Of a DNA stretch of 64,000 nt, positions 20,288 through 28,079 are shown piece by piece (the first letter of the stretch is position 1; every line of letters starts with the position of its first letter). The stretch is taken from positions 96,001 to 160,000 of the forward strand of contig JBILLK010000020.1 of assembly GCA_044376115.1 (NCBI GenBank). The letters are read 5' to 3'. The notes under the pieces are model-generated. The model did no database searches and had not been told where the DNA came from. It saw nothing but the letters and a program-made list of their open reading frames with translations. Source of the stretch: Polyangiaceae bacterium (GTDB lineage: Bacteria > Myxococcota_A > Polyangia > Polyangiales > Polyangiaceae). A program made the translations under genes and the position numbers.

Positions 20288-21187
20288 ATGACGCGCATTC
20301 TGGTTGTGGACGACTCGCCAATGGACCGGCGCCTCGCAGGAGGAATCCTCGCTAAGAATGGCTTTACCGTGGACTACGCCGGGGATGGTCGCGCGGCGCT
20401 GGAGGCCATGGCGGTAGAGCTGCCCAGTGCTGTGGTGACCGACCTGCAAATGCCAGAGATGGACGGCTTGGCGCTGGTTGCGGAATGTCGCCGGCTCCAT
20501 CCTTCGATTCCCATCGTACTGATGACGGCACACGGCAGCGCCGATACCGCGGTCCTGGCGCTAAAGACTGGAGCGGCGAGTTACGTGCCGAAGCGCAGTC
20601 TGGCCAGTGACCTGGTCAATACGTTGCGCGACATTCTGGCGCTCACCCGCGAGGTCGATCGCTCGAGCACGGTTGATCCGCTCGAGGTTCGCACGGTGAA
20701 CCTCGAGATACGTTCGAGCCTCGAAGCTATCGCAGAGGTCGTGGGCCAGCTTGAGTCTCACCTTATCCAGCTCGCCTTATGCGATGAGACCGGGATGCTC
20801 CAGGTTGGAGTGGCGCTTCGTGAGGCGTTGGTCAACGCCGTCGTCCACGGCAACCTTGAGGTGAGCTCCAAGTTGCATGAAGAATCCCCCACTCGCTTCT
20901 TTGAGGCGGTGAAAGAGCGGCAGGAGCTAGCTCCGTACAATGCTCGTAAGGTGAAGGTGCTCGCCGTCTACAGCCCGCTGGAGGTGATCTACACCATCAA
21001 AGATGACGGCCCCGGGTTCGACACCGCCGCGCTCCCCGATCCGACCGATTTGGAGAACCTCGACAAGCCGTCTGGTCGCGGCTTGATGCTGATCCGCACC
21101 TTCATGGATGACGTGAGCTTCAGCGCAACAGGCAGCGAGATCCGCATGGTGAAGCGGCGGGCCAGCGCGAAGCCTGCAACCGACTGA
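20288..21187 (+). CDS. Response regulator with an RsbW/SpoIIAB-like ATPase output domain
   Basis: REC (VVDD, TDLQMP) plus EALVNAVVHGN, DDGPGFD and GRGLMLIRTFMD. Confidence 0.85.
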   Translation: MTRILVVDDSPMDRRLAGGILAKNGFTVDYAGDGRAALEAMAVELPSAVVTDLQMPEMDGLALVAECRRLHPSIPIVLMTAHGSADTAVLALKTGAASYVPKRSLASDLVNTLRDILALTREVDRSSTVDPLEVRTVNLEIRSSLEAIAEVVGQLESHLIQLALCDETGMLQVGVALREALVNAVVHGNLEVSSKLHEESPTRFFEAVKERQELAPYNARKVKVLAVYSPLEVIYTIKDDGPGFDTAALPDPTDLENLDKPSGRGLMLIRTFMDDVSFSATGSEIRMVKRRASAKPATD

Positions 21188-21189
21188 CC

Positions 21190-21218
21190 TCGAGCGGCGT
21201 TAAAACGCAGCCGCTCGA
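21190..21218. terminator. Hairpin between convergent genes
   Basis: TCGAGCGGC..GCCGCTCGA 9-bp inverted repeat. Confidence 0.55.
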
Positions 21219-21257
21219 TCAGCAGTCGGTCAATCAGCAGAGTCGCTCAATCAGCAG
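21215..21257. repeat. Three short direct repeats TC(G/A)ATCAGCAG
   Basis: Copies at 21215-21225, 21230-21240 and 21247-21257; the last contains the stop codon of the minus-strand gene. Confidence 0.75.
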
Positions 21258-22278
21258 AGCGGAACAGGTCGCCCTCGAAGCGGAAGCCGAGCGCGATATA
21301 CGGAAAAGCCTGGCTAACGTCCTCACCTGTGCGAAACGGGTGCATCAGCCACCAGCCGGCGATCGCAAGTAGCGTTGGCTTGTTGAAGCTCGCCCCTGGC
21401 TCGTCAAAGAAGGTGTACGCCGCCAGCGGGCCAAGGCGCAGGATTGTCTGTCGGTCCTCCGCATCGCCAAGGTTTGCTTCGTCAATGAAGGAGTGGCTCA
21501 GAGAAAGCCGCGCCCCAGCCGTCAGACCAAAGTCACTGAGGTAGACCAGGTCCGTGTCGTTGTGGACGAACCAGGACTTGTCCTGCGTCAGCACATCGAA
21601 GCGAATGTGATAGTAGAGCGGCCGCTCTTCCTCGAGCCCGAGGTTCGTATAGGTGAACAAGACGTCGTCTCGCAAGACGATGGGGCCAAGTTTCACAAGC
21701 GCTGTGGCACGCGCGTTGGCTTCGATGCCGCCTCGCGGGTGATTGGCGTTGCGCTCCGTACCCTTCTTCAATGCGCTATCGGAGTAGTCCTCATCGGCGC
21801 TGGCAAAGGTCTGAATTTGGTTGAACGAACCAAAATGACCCACCTGATGGAAGCCAGCTGAGAGCGTGAGAAGGCTCAGAGGCTTTACTTCAATGAAGCC
21901 ACCCATCCGGGCATTGGCTGGGCTCACCGTAGGGGAGATGCCAATCGAAATGGCATTGTCACGCAGAGCCAGAGAGTCACTGGCGTAGAGACGGTGGCGA
22001 TAGACAAGGTTGTAAGCCACCTCCAGGCCGAGGGGATTGAGCCGGGCACCAACCAGAGTGTCGTAGGTAAAGCGGTCACTCGGAATGCGGGGCGGCGCTT
22101 TTGGCGCCTGCTCTTGGGGCGCCTGCTCTTTGGGCGGAGCAGCGGCCGCGGGCTCCCCTGCCTTCACCGCTGGTTGAATCGCGGGCGGTGAACTCGGCTC
22201 TGGCTCCGCCGCCTGAGCTACGCCGCCCGTAGAGATCATCACGCAAAATCCGAAGCCCCAGCGTCCCGCAGTTCCCAT
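21247..22278 (-). CDS. Exported protein, probable outer-membrane beta-barrel
   Basis: Signal peptide (AQA), Pro/Ala linker, amphipathic beta-strands. Confidence 0.6.
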   Translation of the reverse strand: MGTAGRWGFGFCVMISTGGVAQAAEPEPSSPPAIQPAVKAGEPAAAAPPKEQAPQEQAPKAPPRIPSDRFTYDTLVGARLNPLGLEVAYNLVYRHRLYASDSLALRDNAISIGISPTVSPANARMGGFIEVKPLSLLTLSAGFHQVGHFGSFNQIQTFASADEDYSDSALKKGTERNANHPRGGIEANARATALVKLGPIVLRDDVLFTYTNLGLEEERPLYYHIRFDVLTQDKSWFVHNDTDLVYLSDFGLTAGARLSLSHSFIDEANLGDAEDRQTILRLGPLAAYTFFDEPGASFNKPTLLAIAGWWLMHPFRTGEDVSQAFPYIALGFRFEGDLFRSAD

Positions 22279-22318
22279 TCGGGGAGATTAGACGATGCGG
22301 ATTAAAGCCGGCTACGTT

Positions 22319-22347
22319 CTTGACAGACAAAGCCGCGAACCAATCTT
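22319..22347 (+). promoter_or_regulatory. Candidate promoter for hsp20
   Basis: CTTGACA followed by CCAATCT about 14 nt later, resembling sigma70/sigma32 -35/-10 elements, about 100 nt upstream of hsp20. Confidence 0.3.
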
Positions 22348-22450
22348 GGCCCTGCGAACTGACGACCGAGCAAAGCTCGAAGCAGCGCGCAAACCCAAGC
22401 ATTTCGTGCGTGATTCGTCGCGCACCGTCAACTCACGAGAGGTTCCTGTC

Positions 22451-22864
22451 ATGCAAAATCGGCTGTTTGATCTCGCTGGTCCCCTGGCCCTTTTCGACGG
22501 TTTCGCCCAGGCTCGGCCGCGCACGCTTTGGGCCACGGACTCACAAGCTGTTCGTGAAACCGAGCACGGCTTCGAGTTTTCGATCGATCTCCCGGGTGTG
22601 GACCCAAACACCGTAGAGGTGGCCGCAGAGGGCACCGTCTTGTTCGTTCGCGCCGAGCGCAAGCCGCGCTTCGAGGGCAAGGAGGCCGGCATAAAGCCCG
22701 GACGTGAACGCTACTCGCGGCAGTTCGATCTTCAGCGCCCAATCGATACCGCTAACGTATCGGCCTCGCTCGAGCAGGGCGTGCTCTCGATCACGGTGAA
22801 CAAGGCTGACGTGGCCAAGCGAGTGAAGATCCCGGTGCGAGTGACGCCTGGGCAGGCTTCGTGA
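22451..22864 (+). CDS. Small heat shock protein (Hsp20/alpha-crystallin)
   Basis: IDLPGVD, VRAERK, YSRQFDL, ASLEQGVLSITV, C-terminal IPV (IxI/V motif); GAGG RBS. Confidence 0.88.
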   Translation: MQNRLFDLAGPLALFDGFAQARPRTLWATDSQAVRETEHGFEFSIDLPGVDPNTVEVAAEGTVLFVRAERKPRFEGKEAGIKPGRERYSRQFDLQRPIDTANVSASLEQGVLSITVNKADVAKRVKIPVRVTPGQAS

Positions 22865-22891
22865 TCGCCCATCCAAATCGAAAGGGAGCGT

Positions 22892-24370
22892 TCAGCGGGA
22901 CACTTTTTCGATTGCGTCGATCAATGTCTCGAGCTCGAACGGCTTATCCAATCGCGAATTTGGAATCTCTTGCAGGAAGGAGCGCGCCTTCTTGGTGAAG
23001 GCGCCTCCGGTCATGAAGATCATGCGACGTTCGAGGCCGGGAAACAATTTGCTGATCATCTCGTAAAGACCCGCACCGTCCATGCCTTGCATCATCATGT
23101 CGCAGACGATGACGTCGAACGAGTCGCCAGCGCGCAGTACTTGAAGCGCTCGCTCGCCACTTTCAGCCGTCGATACGTCGTGCGTTTGAGCGAGCAAGCC
23201 GCCAAGAGTCCGCAATAGCCGTGGCTCATCATCCACGAGCAGCACACGGCGCCGCGGAACGGCGACGGCTCGCGGGCTCGTTGGAGCGTTGACCTCACGC
23301 ACTGGCGCAGTAGGCAATAGTGTAACCAGCTCCGTCTGGTAAGGAGGTTCGAGACCGTCTTCGCTGGTTCGAGCAAACACCTGCCCACCGTGCTCGAGCA
23401 CGATGCGCCGACAGATCGCCAAACCTAGCCCGGTACCGCTCCTCGCGCCTTTGGTCGTGAAGAAGGACTCGAAGATCCGCGAGCGATGAGCTTCGTCAAT
23501 GCCAACGCCTGTGTCCGCAATCGCGACCTCGACTCGCTCGTCCACCGCTGTGCGCGTGCGGATGCGTATCCGATGCTGTTGCGAACTATCATCGGGCAGG
23601 GCCTCAGCGGCGTTGATCAGAAGATTGAGAAACACCTGACTCAGGCGACCTTCGTTGCCCAAGACGGGCGAAACCGGCTCGAAGTCTTCGATCAGGAGCG
23701 CGCGCGACAAGAGGCTCTTATCTGCCATCCGCAGCACGCGGCCGAGCACCGCGCGCACGTCCACCGTCTTGACTGAATCCGTATCGCCTTTGGAAAAGGC
23801 CCGCAGGTCACCAACAACCCCGCGCAAGCGTTCTAGCCCCTCACGAATCGTCTCCAACGAATCGGCGGGCATCTGCCCCGAGCCTGCTGACTTCTGCGCC
23901 AACTCGACCTGGGCGAGCACAAACGCGAGCGGGTTGTTGAGCTCGTGAGCAACGCTGGCTGCGACGGTGCCCAGCGACGCCATACGCGCCGAGAGCAGCG
24001 CCTTCTCCTGATGCTCCCGCTTCTGGGTAACATCGTAAGCGAACAGCGGGGTCACTTCGTGGTTGCGCCAACACAGGCGCGCGCCCACCTCAAACTCCAC
24101 CTCCAATACTGTCTCGCCTGCGGCGAAGCGGAAGACCCCGCGCGAGCCGATCACCGAGGACGATAGGAACTCGCGCAGCCTGCCTTTCTCATCAGCGCCT
24201 AGAGCCAGTGACGCGAGGTCGGCACCTGGGGACAAGCCCTCGGGCCACAACTGTTGGAACGGCCGATTGGCCCACTGAATCTGCGCCTCTTTCTGCACGC
24301 AAGTGGCCACAGGAAGCGCGTTGAGGAGTGCTTCGTATTCGAGTTCCGACGCCAGGCCCTGGGCGTTCAC
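22892..24370 (-). CDS. Cytoplasmic hybrid histidine kinase (PAS-like-HisKA-HATPase-REC)
   Basis: VAHELNNPL, QVFLNLLINA, DTGVG, FFTTK, GTGLGL, REC LVDDE/CDMMM. GTG start 1 nt after the upstream stop. Confidence 0.9.
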   Translation of the reverse strand: MNAQGLASELEYEALLNALPVATCVQKEAQIQWANRPFQQLWPEGLSPGADLASLALGADEKGRLREFLSSSVIGSRGVFRFAAGETVLEVEFEVGARLCWRNHEVTPLFAYDVTQKREHQEKALLSARMASLGTVAASVAHELNNPLAFVLAQVELAQKSAGSGQMPADSLETIREGLERLRGVVGDLRAFSKGDTDSVKTVDVRAVLGRVLRMADKSLLSRALLIEDFEPVSPVLGNEGRLSQVFLNLLINAAEALPDDSSQQHRIRIRTRTAVDERVEVAIADTGVGIDEAHRSRIFESFFTTKGARSGTGLGLAICRRIVLEHGGQVFARTSEDGLEPPYQTELVTLLPTAPVREVNAPTSPRAVAVPRRRVLLVDDEPRLLRTLGGLLAQTHDVSTAESGERALQVLRAGDSFDVIVCDMMMQGMDGAGLYEMISKLFPGLERRMIFMTGGAFTKKARSFLQEIPNSRLDKPFELETLIDAIEKVSR

Positions 24371-24371
24371 A

Positions 24372-24920
24372 CTAGCCTCGCAACACGCGCACGAAAAACG
24401 GCGCGCAGACGGCCATGTTGAAATGCGCGCTGACCTCGAGAGCCTTGCGAACCCGCTGCGCAGGAGCTGTTCCACGCAGGGCGCGGAGAGCCCCGAGGGC
24501 GTACTCTGCTCCAGCCCCCACGGAGTCATACCCGTCTGCCATTTCGTTCACTTGGAAGTCCGACATCACGCTGTAAAGCCGCGACTTATAGCCGACCAAG
24601 AACTGGCCCCCCGACTCGGAGTTGGACTCAATCTTCGCCACGCCTCGCTCTTTCAACAACGTTCGCACGCTCTCGGCGAACACCGTGACCATGAAACGCA
24701 TGTCGTCACGCTCGAGCCGCGAGCTGCCTTGCACCGGCACGGTGAGCGAGTGCTGCAACACCTGGCCCATGCGAAAGCTGGAGGTGTACCCGATAAGGAA
24801 CGGGCCTTTTTGAAACACCTTCGGAAGGCGGGTTACCCGAGACGTCCAACCGAGGACCGACGCTGAGTCGGCCCCGATGTAGACATTACCCTTCTCAACA
24901 AGTCCGACGATACAGGTCAT
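24372..24920 (-). CDS. Proteasome-beta/HslV-like Ntn hydrolase (182 aa)
   Basis: Begins M-TCIVGLVEKGNVYIGADS..LPK, placing Thr1, Asp17 and Lys33 in proteasome numbering. SVGAGAEYALGAL matches the AIGSG..YA motif. ATG overlaps the upstream TGA. Confidence 0.75.
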   Translation of the reverse strand: MTCIVGLVEKGNVYIGADSASVLGWTSRVTRLPKVFQKGPFLIGYTSSFRMGQVLQHSLTVPVQGSSRLERDDMRFMVTVFAESVRTLLKERGVAKIESNSESGGQFLVGYKSRLYSVMSDFQVNEMADGYDSVGAGAEYALGALRALRGTAPAQRVRKALEVSAHFNMAVCAPFFVRVLRG

Positions 24921-27889
24921 CAGCAATCGTTGGGGCAAGTGAAGGCGTTCTCTCCACAGAACGGTTCACAGAAGAAGTTTCCGCAGGCGCAGATCGCCAA
25001 GCAATCCGGTTGGCAGTTGAAGACCGTCTCGCCGCAGCCCGGGTCGCAGAAGCCATCTCCGCAGGTGCAACCACCCGTGCAGTCAAACGGGCAGCTGAAC
25101 TCGTCCTCGAAGCACGAGCTCTGACAGACCCCATCTCCGCAAGCACACACACCGCAATCGGTCGGGCAAACGAACGGGTCTTCTCCGCAGAGTGCGCCTT
25201 CGCAGACGAAGTTGCCGCAGGCACAAACCTGGAGACAGTCCCCTTGGCAGTTGCCCACGTTCTCGCCGCAGTTGGGGTCGCAGAAGCCGTCCCCACACTC
25301 GCAGAAGCTTCCACAATCGGTGCTGCAGCTGAAGACGTTCTCACCACAGTTGGGGTCGCAGAAGAAGTCTCCGCAGGTGCAAGCAAACTGGCAGTCGAAG
25401 GCGCAGGTGTCGATCGTCTCGCCGCAGAACGAGTCGCAGAAGAAGTCACCGCACTGACAGAAGTTGAAGCAATCATTGGGGCAGGTCTGCGAGTCCTCGC
25501 CACAGTTCGGATCGCAGAAGAAGTCCCCACACTGGCAGCCGGTGGAACAGTCGGGAGAACAAGAGACGATGTTTTCGCCGCAGGCCGCATTGCAATTGCC
25601 GTCACCACAGACGCAACTCATGCCGCAATCGCCGGGGCACGTCGCGCTGTTCTCGCCGCACTGCGCGACGCATTGGCCGTCACCACATTGGCAAGTGACA
25701 CAATCCGAGGGACAGCTGCTGGCCGTCTCGCCACACTGAGCCTCGCAGAAGAGGTTGCCACACTGGCAGTTGATGGCGCAGTCCTGAGCACAGGTGAGGA
25801 CGTTCTCTCCGCACTCGGGCTGGCAGGCGAAGTTGCCACATTGACAGCTTGAGTCGCAATCCGCAGCGCAGGTGCTTGGAGATTCACCACATGCGGGCTG
25901 ACATTGGCCGTTGCCGCAGACGCAGTTGGAGCCGCAGTCCTGGCTACAGTTGGCCGAGCTCTCCCCGCAATCGGGCTGACAGATGCCGTTGCCACAACCG
26001 CATTGGGTGGTGCAATCCGAGGGGCAGCTGGCGTTGGTCTCGCCGCATTGAGGTTGGCAGGTCAGATTGCCGCAAATGCAGGGCTGACCGCAATCGACGG
26101 GGCAGCTCGAGCTGTTCTCACCGCACGAGGGAGCGCAGCTGCCGTCCCCACAGATACAATCCAGCTCACAATCGGAAGGACAGTTGAAGCCGTCCTCGAA
26201 ACACTGGGGCTGACACTGACCGTTACCGCACACGCAGGTGGAGCCACAATCCGTCGCGCAGTTACCTTGCGTTTCACCGCAAGCAGCCTGGCATTGACCG
26301 TTGCCGCAAACGCACGGTTGACCACAGTCAATCGAGCAAGTGGAGCTGTTCTCGCCGCAGGCCGCGTTGCAGGTACCGTCCCCACAGAAGCAATTGGGAC
26401 CACAGTCCAAGGAGCACGAAGCGGAGCTCTCACCGCAGGCGGGCTGACACTGGCCGTTGCCGCAAACACAGGGAGCACCGCAATCGCTCGAGCAGGTCGC
26501 CTGGCTCTCTCCACACTGCGGCTGACAAAGCCCGTTGCCGCAAACGCAGGGAGTTTGGCAATCGATGCCACAGGTTGCTTCATTCTCTCCACATTGCGGC
26601 TGGCACGTTCCATTGCCGCAGACGCATTGCACCGGGCAGTCAAAGCCGCAGGAGAAGGAGTCCTCCCCACACTGAGGCTGACATACGCCGTTGCCGCAAA
26701 CGCAAACCTGCGCACAGTCGAAACAGTTACCGGCCGTCTCGCCACACTGCGGCTGACAGACCCCGTTGCCGCAAATGCAGGGGTTGCAGTCTTGGCAGTT
26801 GAAGGAATTCTCGCCGCACTGCGGTTCACAAACACCGTCGCCGCAGATGCAGGCGTTGCCGCAATCGAAGGAGCAGGAGAACGGGTCCTCAAAGCATTGC
26901 GGCTGACAGAGGCCGTCACCGCAGAACGAGTTGAAGCAGTTCGAGCAATCATCACCACAGCTGAACTCGTTCTCACCACAGAACGGGTCGCAAATACCGT
27001 CCCCACAGAAGGAGAAGTCGCAGAACTGGCAGTCGATATTGCAACTGCCGCTGTTCTCACCACACAGCTGCTGGCACACACCATCGCCGCAGAAGCCGCA
27101 GATCCCGCAGTCGAGCCCGCAGTTGAATTCGCTCTCGCCGCACTCTTCTTGGCACTGGCCGTTGCCACAGATGCACTGAACGCCGCAATCTACGTTGCAG
27201 AAATTCTGCTCACCGCAGTTGAAGTCGCAGAAGCCGTCGCCGCAGATGCATTGCCCGCCGCAGTCAATGCTGCAGAAATCGGGCTCGCCGCAGCCGAAGT
27301 CGCAAAAGCCATCGCCACACACGCAGGTTCCGCAGTCTTCCCCGCAGAACTTGGGCTCACCACACGCCGGGTCGCAGAAACCGTCGCCGCAGAAGCACTC
27401 CCCGCCGCAGTCAAAGCTGCAGAAGTCCGGCTCGCCGCAGAGCTCGTCACAAAAGCCATCACCGCAGACGCAGCTTCCGCAGTCGACGCCGCAGAACTCG
27501 GGCTCCCCGCAGGAGCCGTCACACACGCCGTCACCGCAGACGCACTCGATTGGGCAGTCATTGGGGCAGTTGTCACTGCCCTCGCATTCGGGCTCGCAGA
27601 CGCCGTTACCGCAGGCGCATGCGCCGGTGCATTCACGCAGCGTCGCGTCGCACACGCCGTCGAGGCACACCGCGCAATTTTCGCCGTTGTTGCCGCAAGC
27701 GTCGGTCTCCGTCCCCGGGCGACAAATGCCGTTCTCACAACATCCGGCGCAGGAAGGCCCGCACGGTTCACTGCCGCCACCGCCACTAGCACCCGTGCCA
27801 ACGACGTCCGAATCCTCGACGGCAGAACGGCCGCAGGCCCCCAACGTCAGGAGCACACAAGCGACCACCAAAAAGCGGGCCCAAAGCAT
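24920..27889 (-). CDS. Giant cysteine-rich repeat lipoprotein (989 aa)
   Basis: Lipobox LGAC, then 35 tandem units of CxCG(D/N)GxCxxxCGExxxxCxxDC; I count 222 Cys (about 22%). Confidence 0.88.
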   Translation of the reverse strand: MLWARFLVVACVLLTLGACGRSAVEDSDVVGTGASGGGGSEPCGPSCAGCCENGICRPGTETDACGNNGENCAVCLDGVCDATLRECTGACACGNGVCEPECEGSDNCPNDCPIECVCGDGVCDGSCGEPEFCGVDCGSCVCGDGFCDELCGEPDFCSFDCGGECFCGDGFCDPACGEPKFCGEDCGTCVCGDGFCDFGCGEPDFCSIDCGGQCICGDGFCDFNCGEQNFCNVDCGVQCICGNGQCQEECGESEFNCGLDCGICGFCGDGVCQQLCGENSGSCNIDCQFCDFSFCGDGICDPFCGENEFSCGDDCSNCFNSFCGDGLCQPQCFEDPFSCSFDCGNACICGDGVCEPQCGENSFNCQDCNPCICGNGVCQPQCGETAGNCFDCAQVCVCGNGVCQPQCGEDSFSCGFDCPVQCVCGNGTCQPQCGENEATCGIDCQTPCVCGNGLCQPQCGESQATCSSDCGAPCVCGNGQCQPACGESSASCSLDCGPNCFCGDGTCNAACGENSSTCSIDCGQPCVCGNGQCQAACGETQGNCATDCGSTCVCGNGQCQPQCFEDGFNCPSDCELDCICGDGSCAPSCGENSSSCPVDCGQPCICGNLTCQPQCGETNASCPSDCTTQCGCGNGICQPDCGESSANCSQDCGSNCVCGNGQCQPACGESPSTCAADCDSSCQCGNFACQPECGENVLTCAQDCAINCQCGNLFCEAQCGETASSCPSDCVTCQCGDGQCVAQCGENSATCPGDCGMSCVCGDGNCNAACGENIVSCSPDCSTGCQCGDFFCDPNCGEDSQTCPNDCFNFCQCGDFFCDSFCGETIDTCAFDCQFACTCGDFFCDPNCGENVFSCSTDCGSFCECGDGFCDPNCGENVGNCQGDCLQVCACGNFVCEGALCGEDPFVCPTDCGVCACGDGVCQSSCFEDEFSCPFDCTGGCTCGDGFCDPGCGETVFNCQPDCLAICACGNFFCEPFCGENAFTCPNDC
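24923..27619 (-). repeat. 35 degenerate coding tandem repeats of about 72-87 bp (six-Cys units)
   Basis: Recurrent ccgca/gcaga/ctcgccgca periodicity in the DNA; units counted from the translation. Confidence 0.9.
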
Positions 27890-28079
27890 TCGGCGATAGT
27901 ATCCAAACGCCGTCTCGCGACCTAGAACATCGTCAACTTGTTCCGCACGACTGAAGCTCGGTGTGGGGCGCATGCGCTGCATGCCCGGCGCGGTCTCTTC
28001 TGATCAGGAAAAATCACTGGCGGCGCCCAAGCCCACTAGGCCTGAGCATCCGCCACCTGCTTGACCCGAATTCGGACAC

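Noticed and set aside
22280..22450. CIRCE or HAIR heat-shock operator upstream of hsp20
   Set aside because: No TTAGCACTC-N9-GAGTGCTAA or CTTGAGT-N7-ACTCAAG match is visible.
24923..27619. Periodic DNA repeats as a possible CRISPR array
   Set aside because: The repeats are degenerate at synonymous positions and keep one reading frame; there are no identical repeats with unique spacers and no cas genes.
25904..27925. 673-aa Ala/Val-rich plus-strand ORF (also 25010-25852)
   Set aside because: Antisense shadow of the Cys-repeat gene: TGC codons read as GCA on the other strand.
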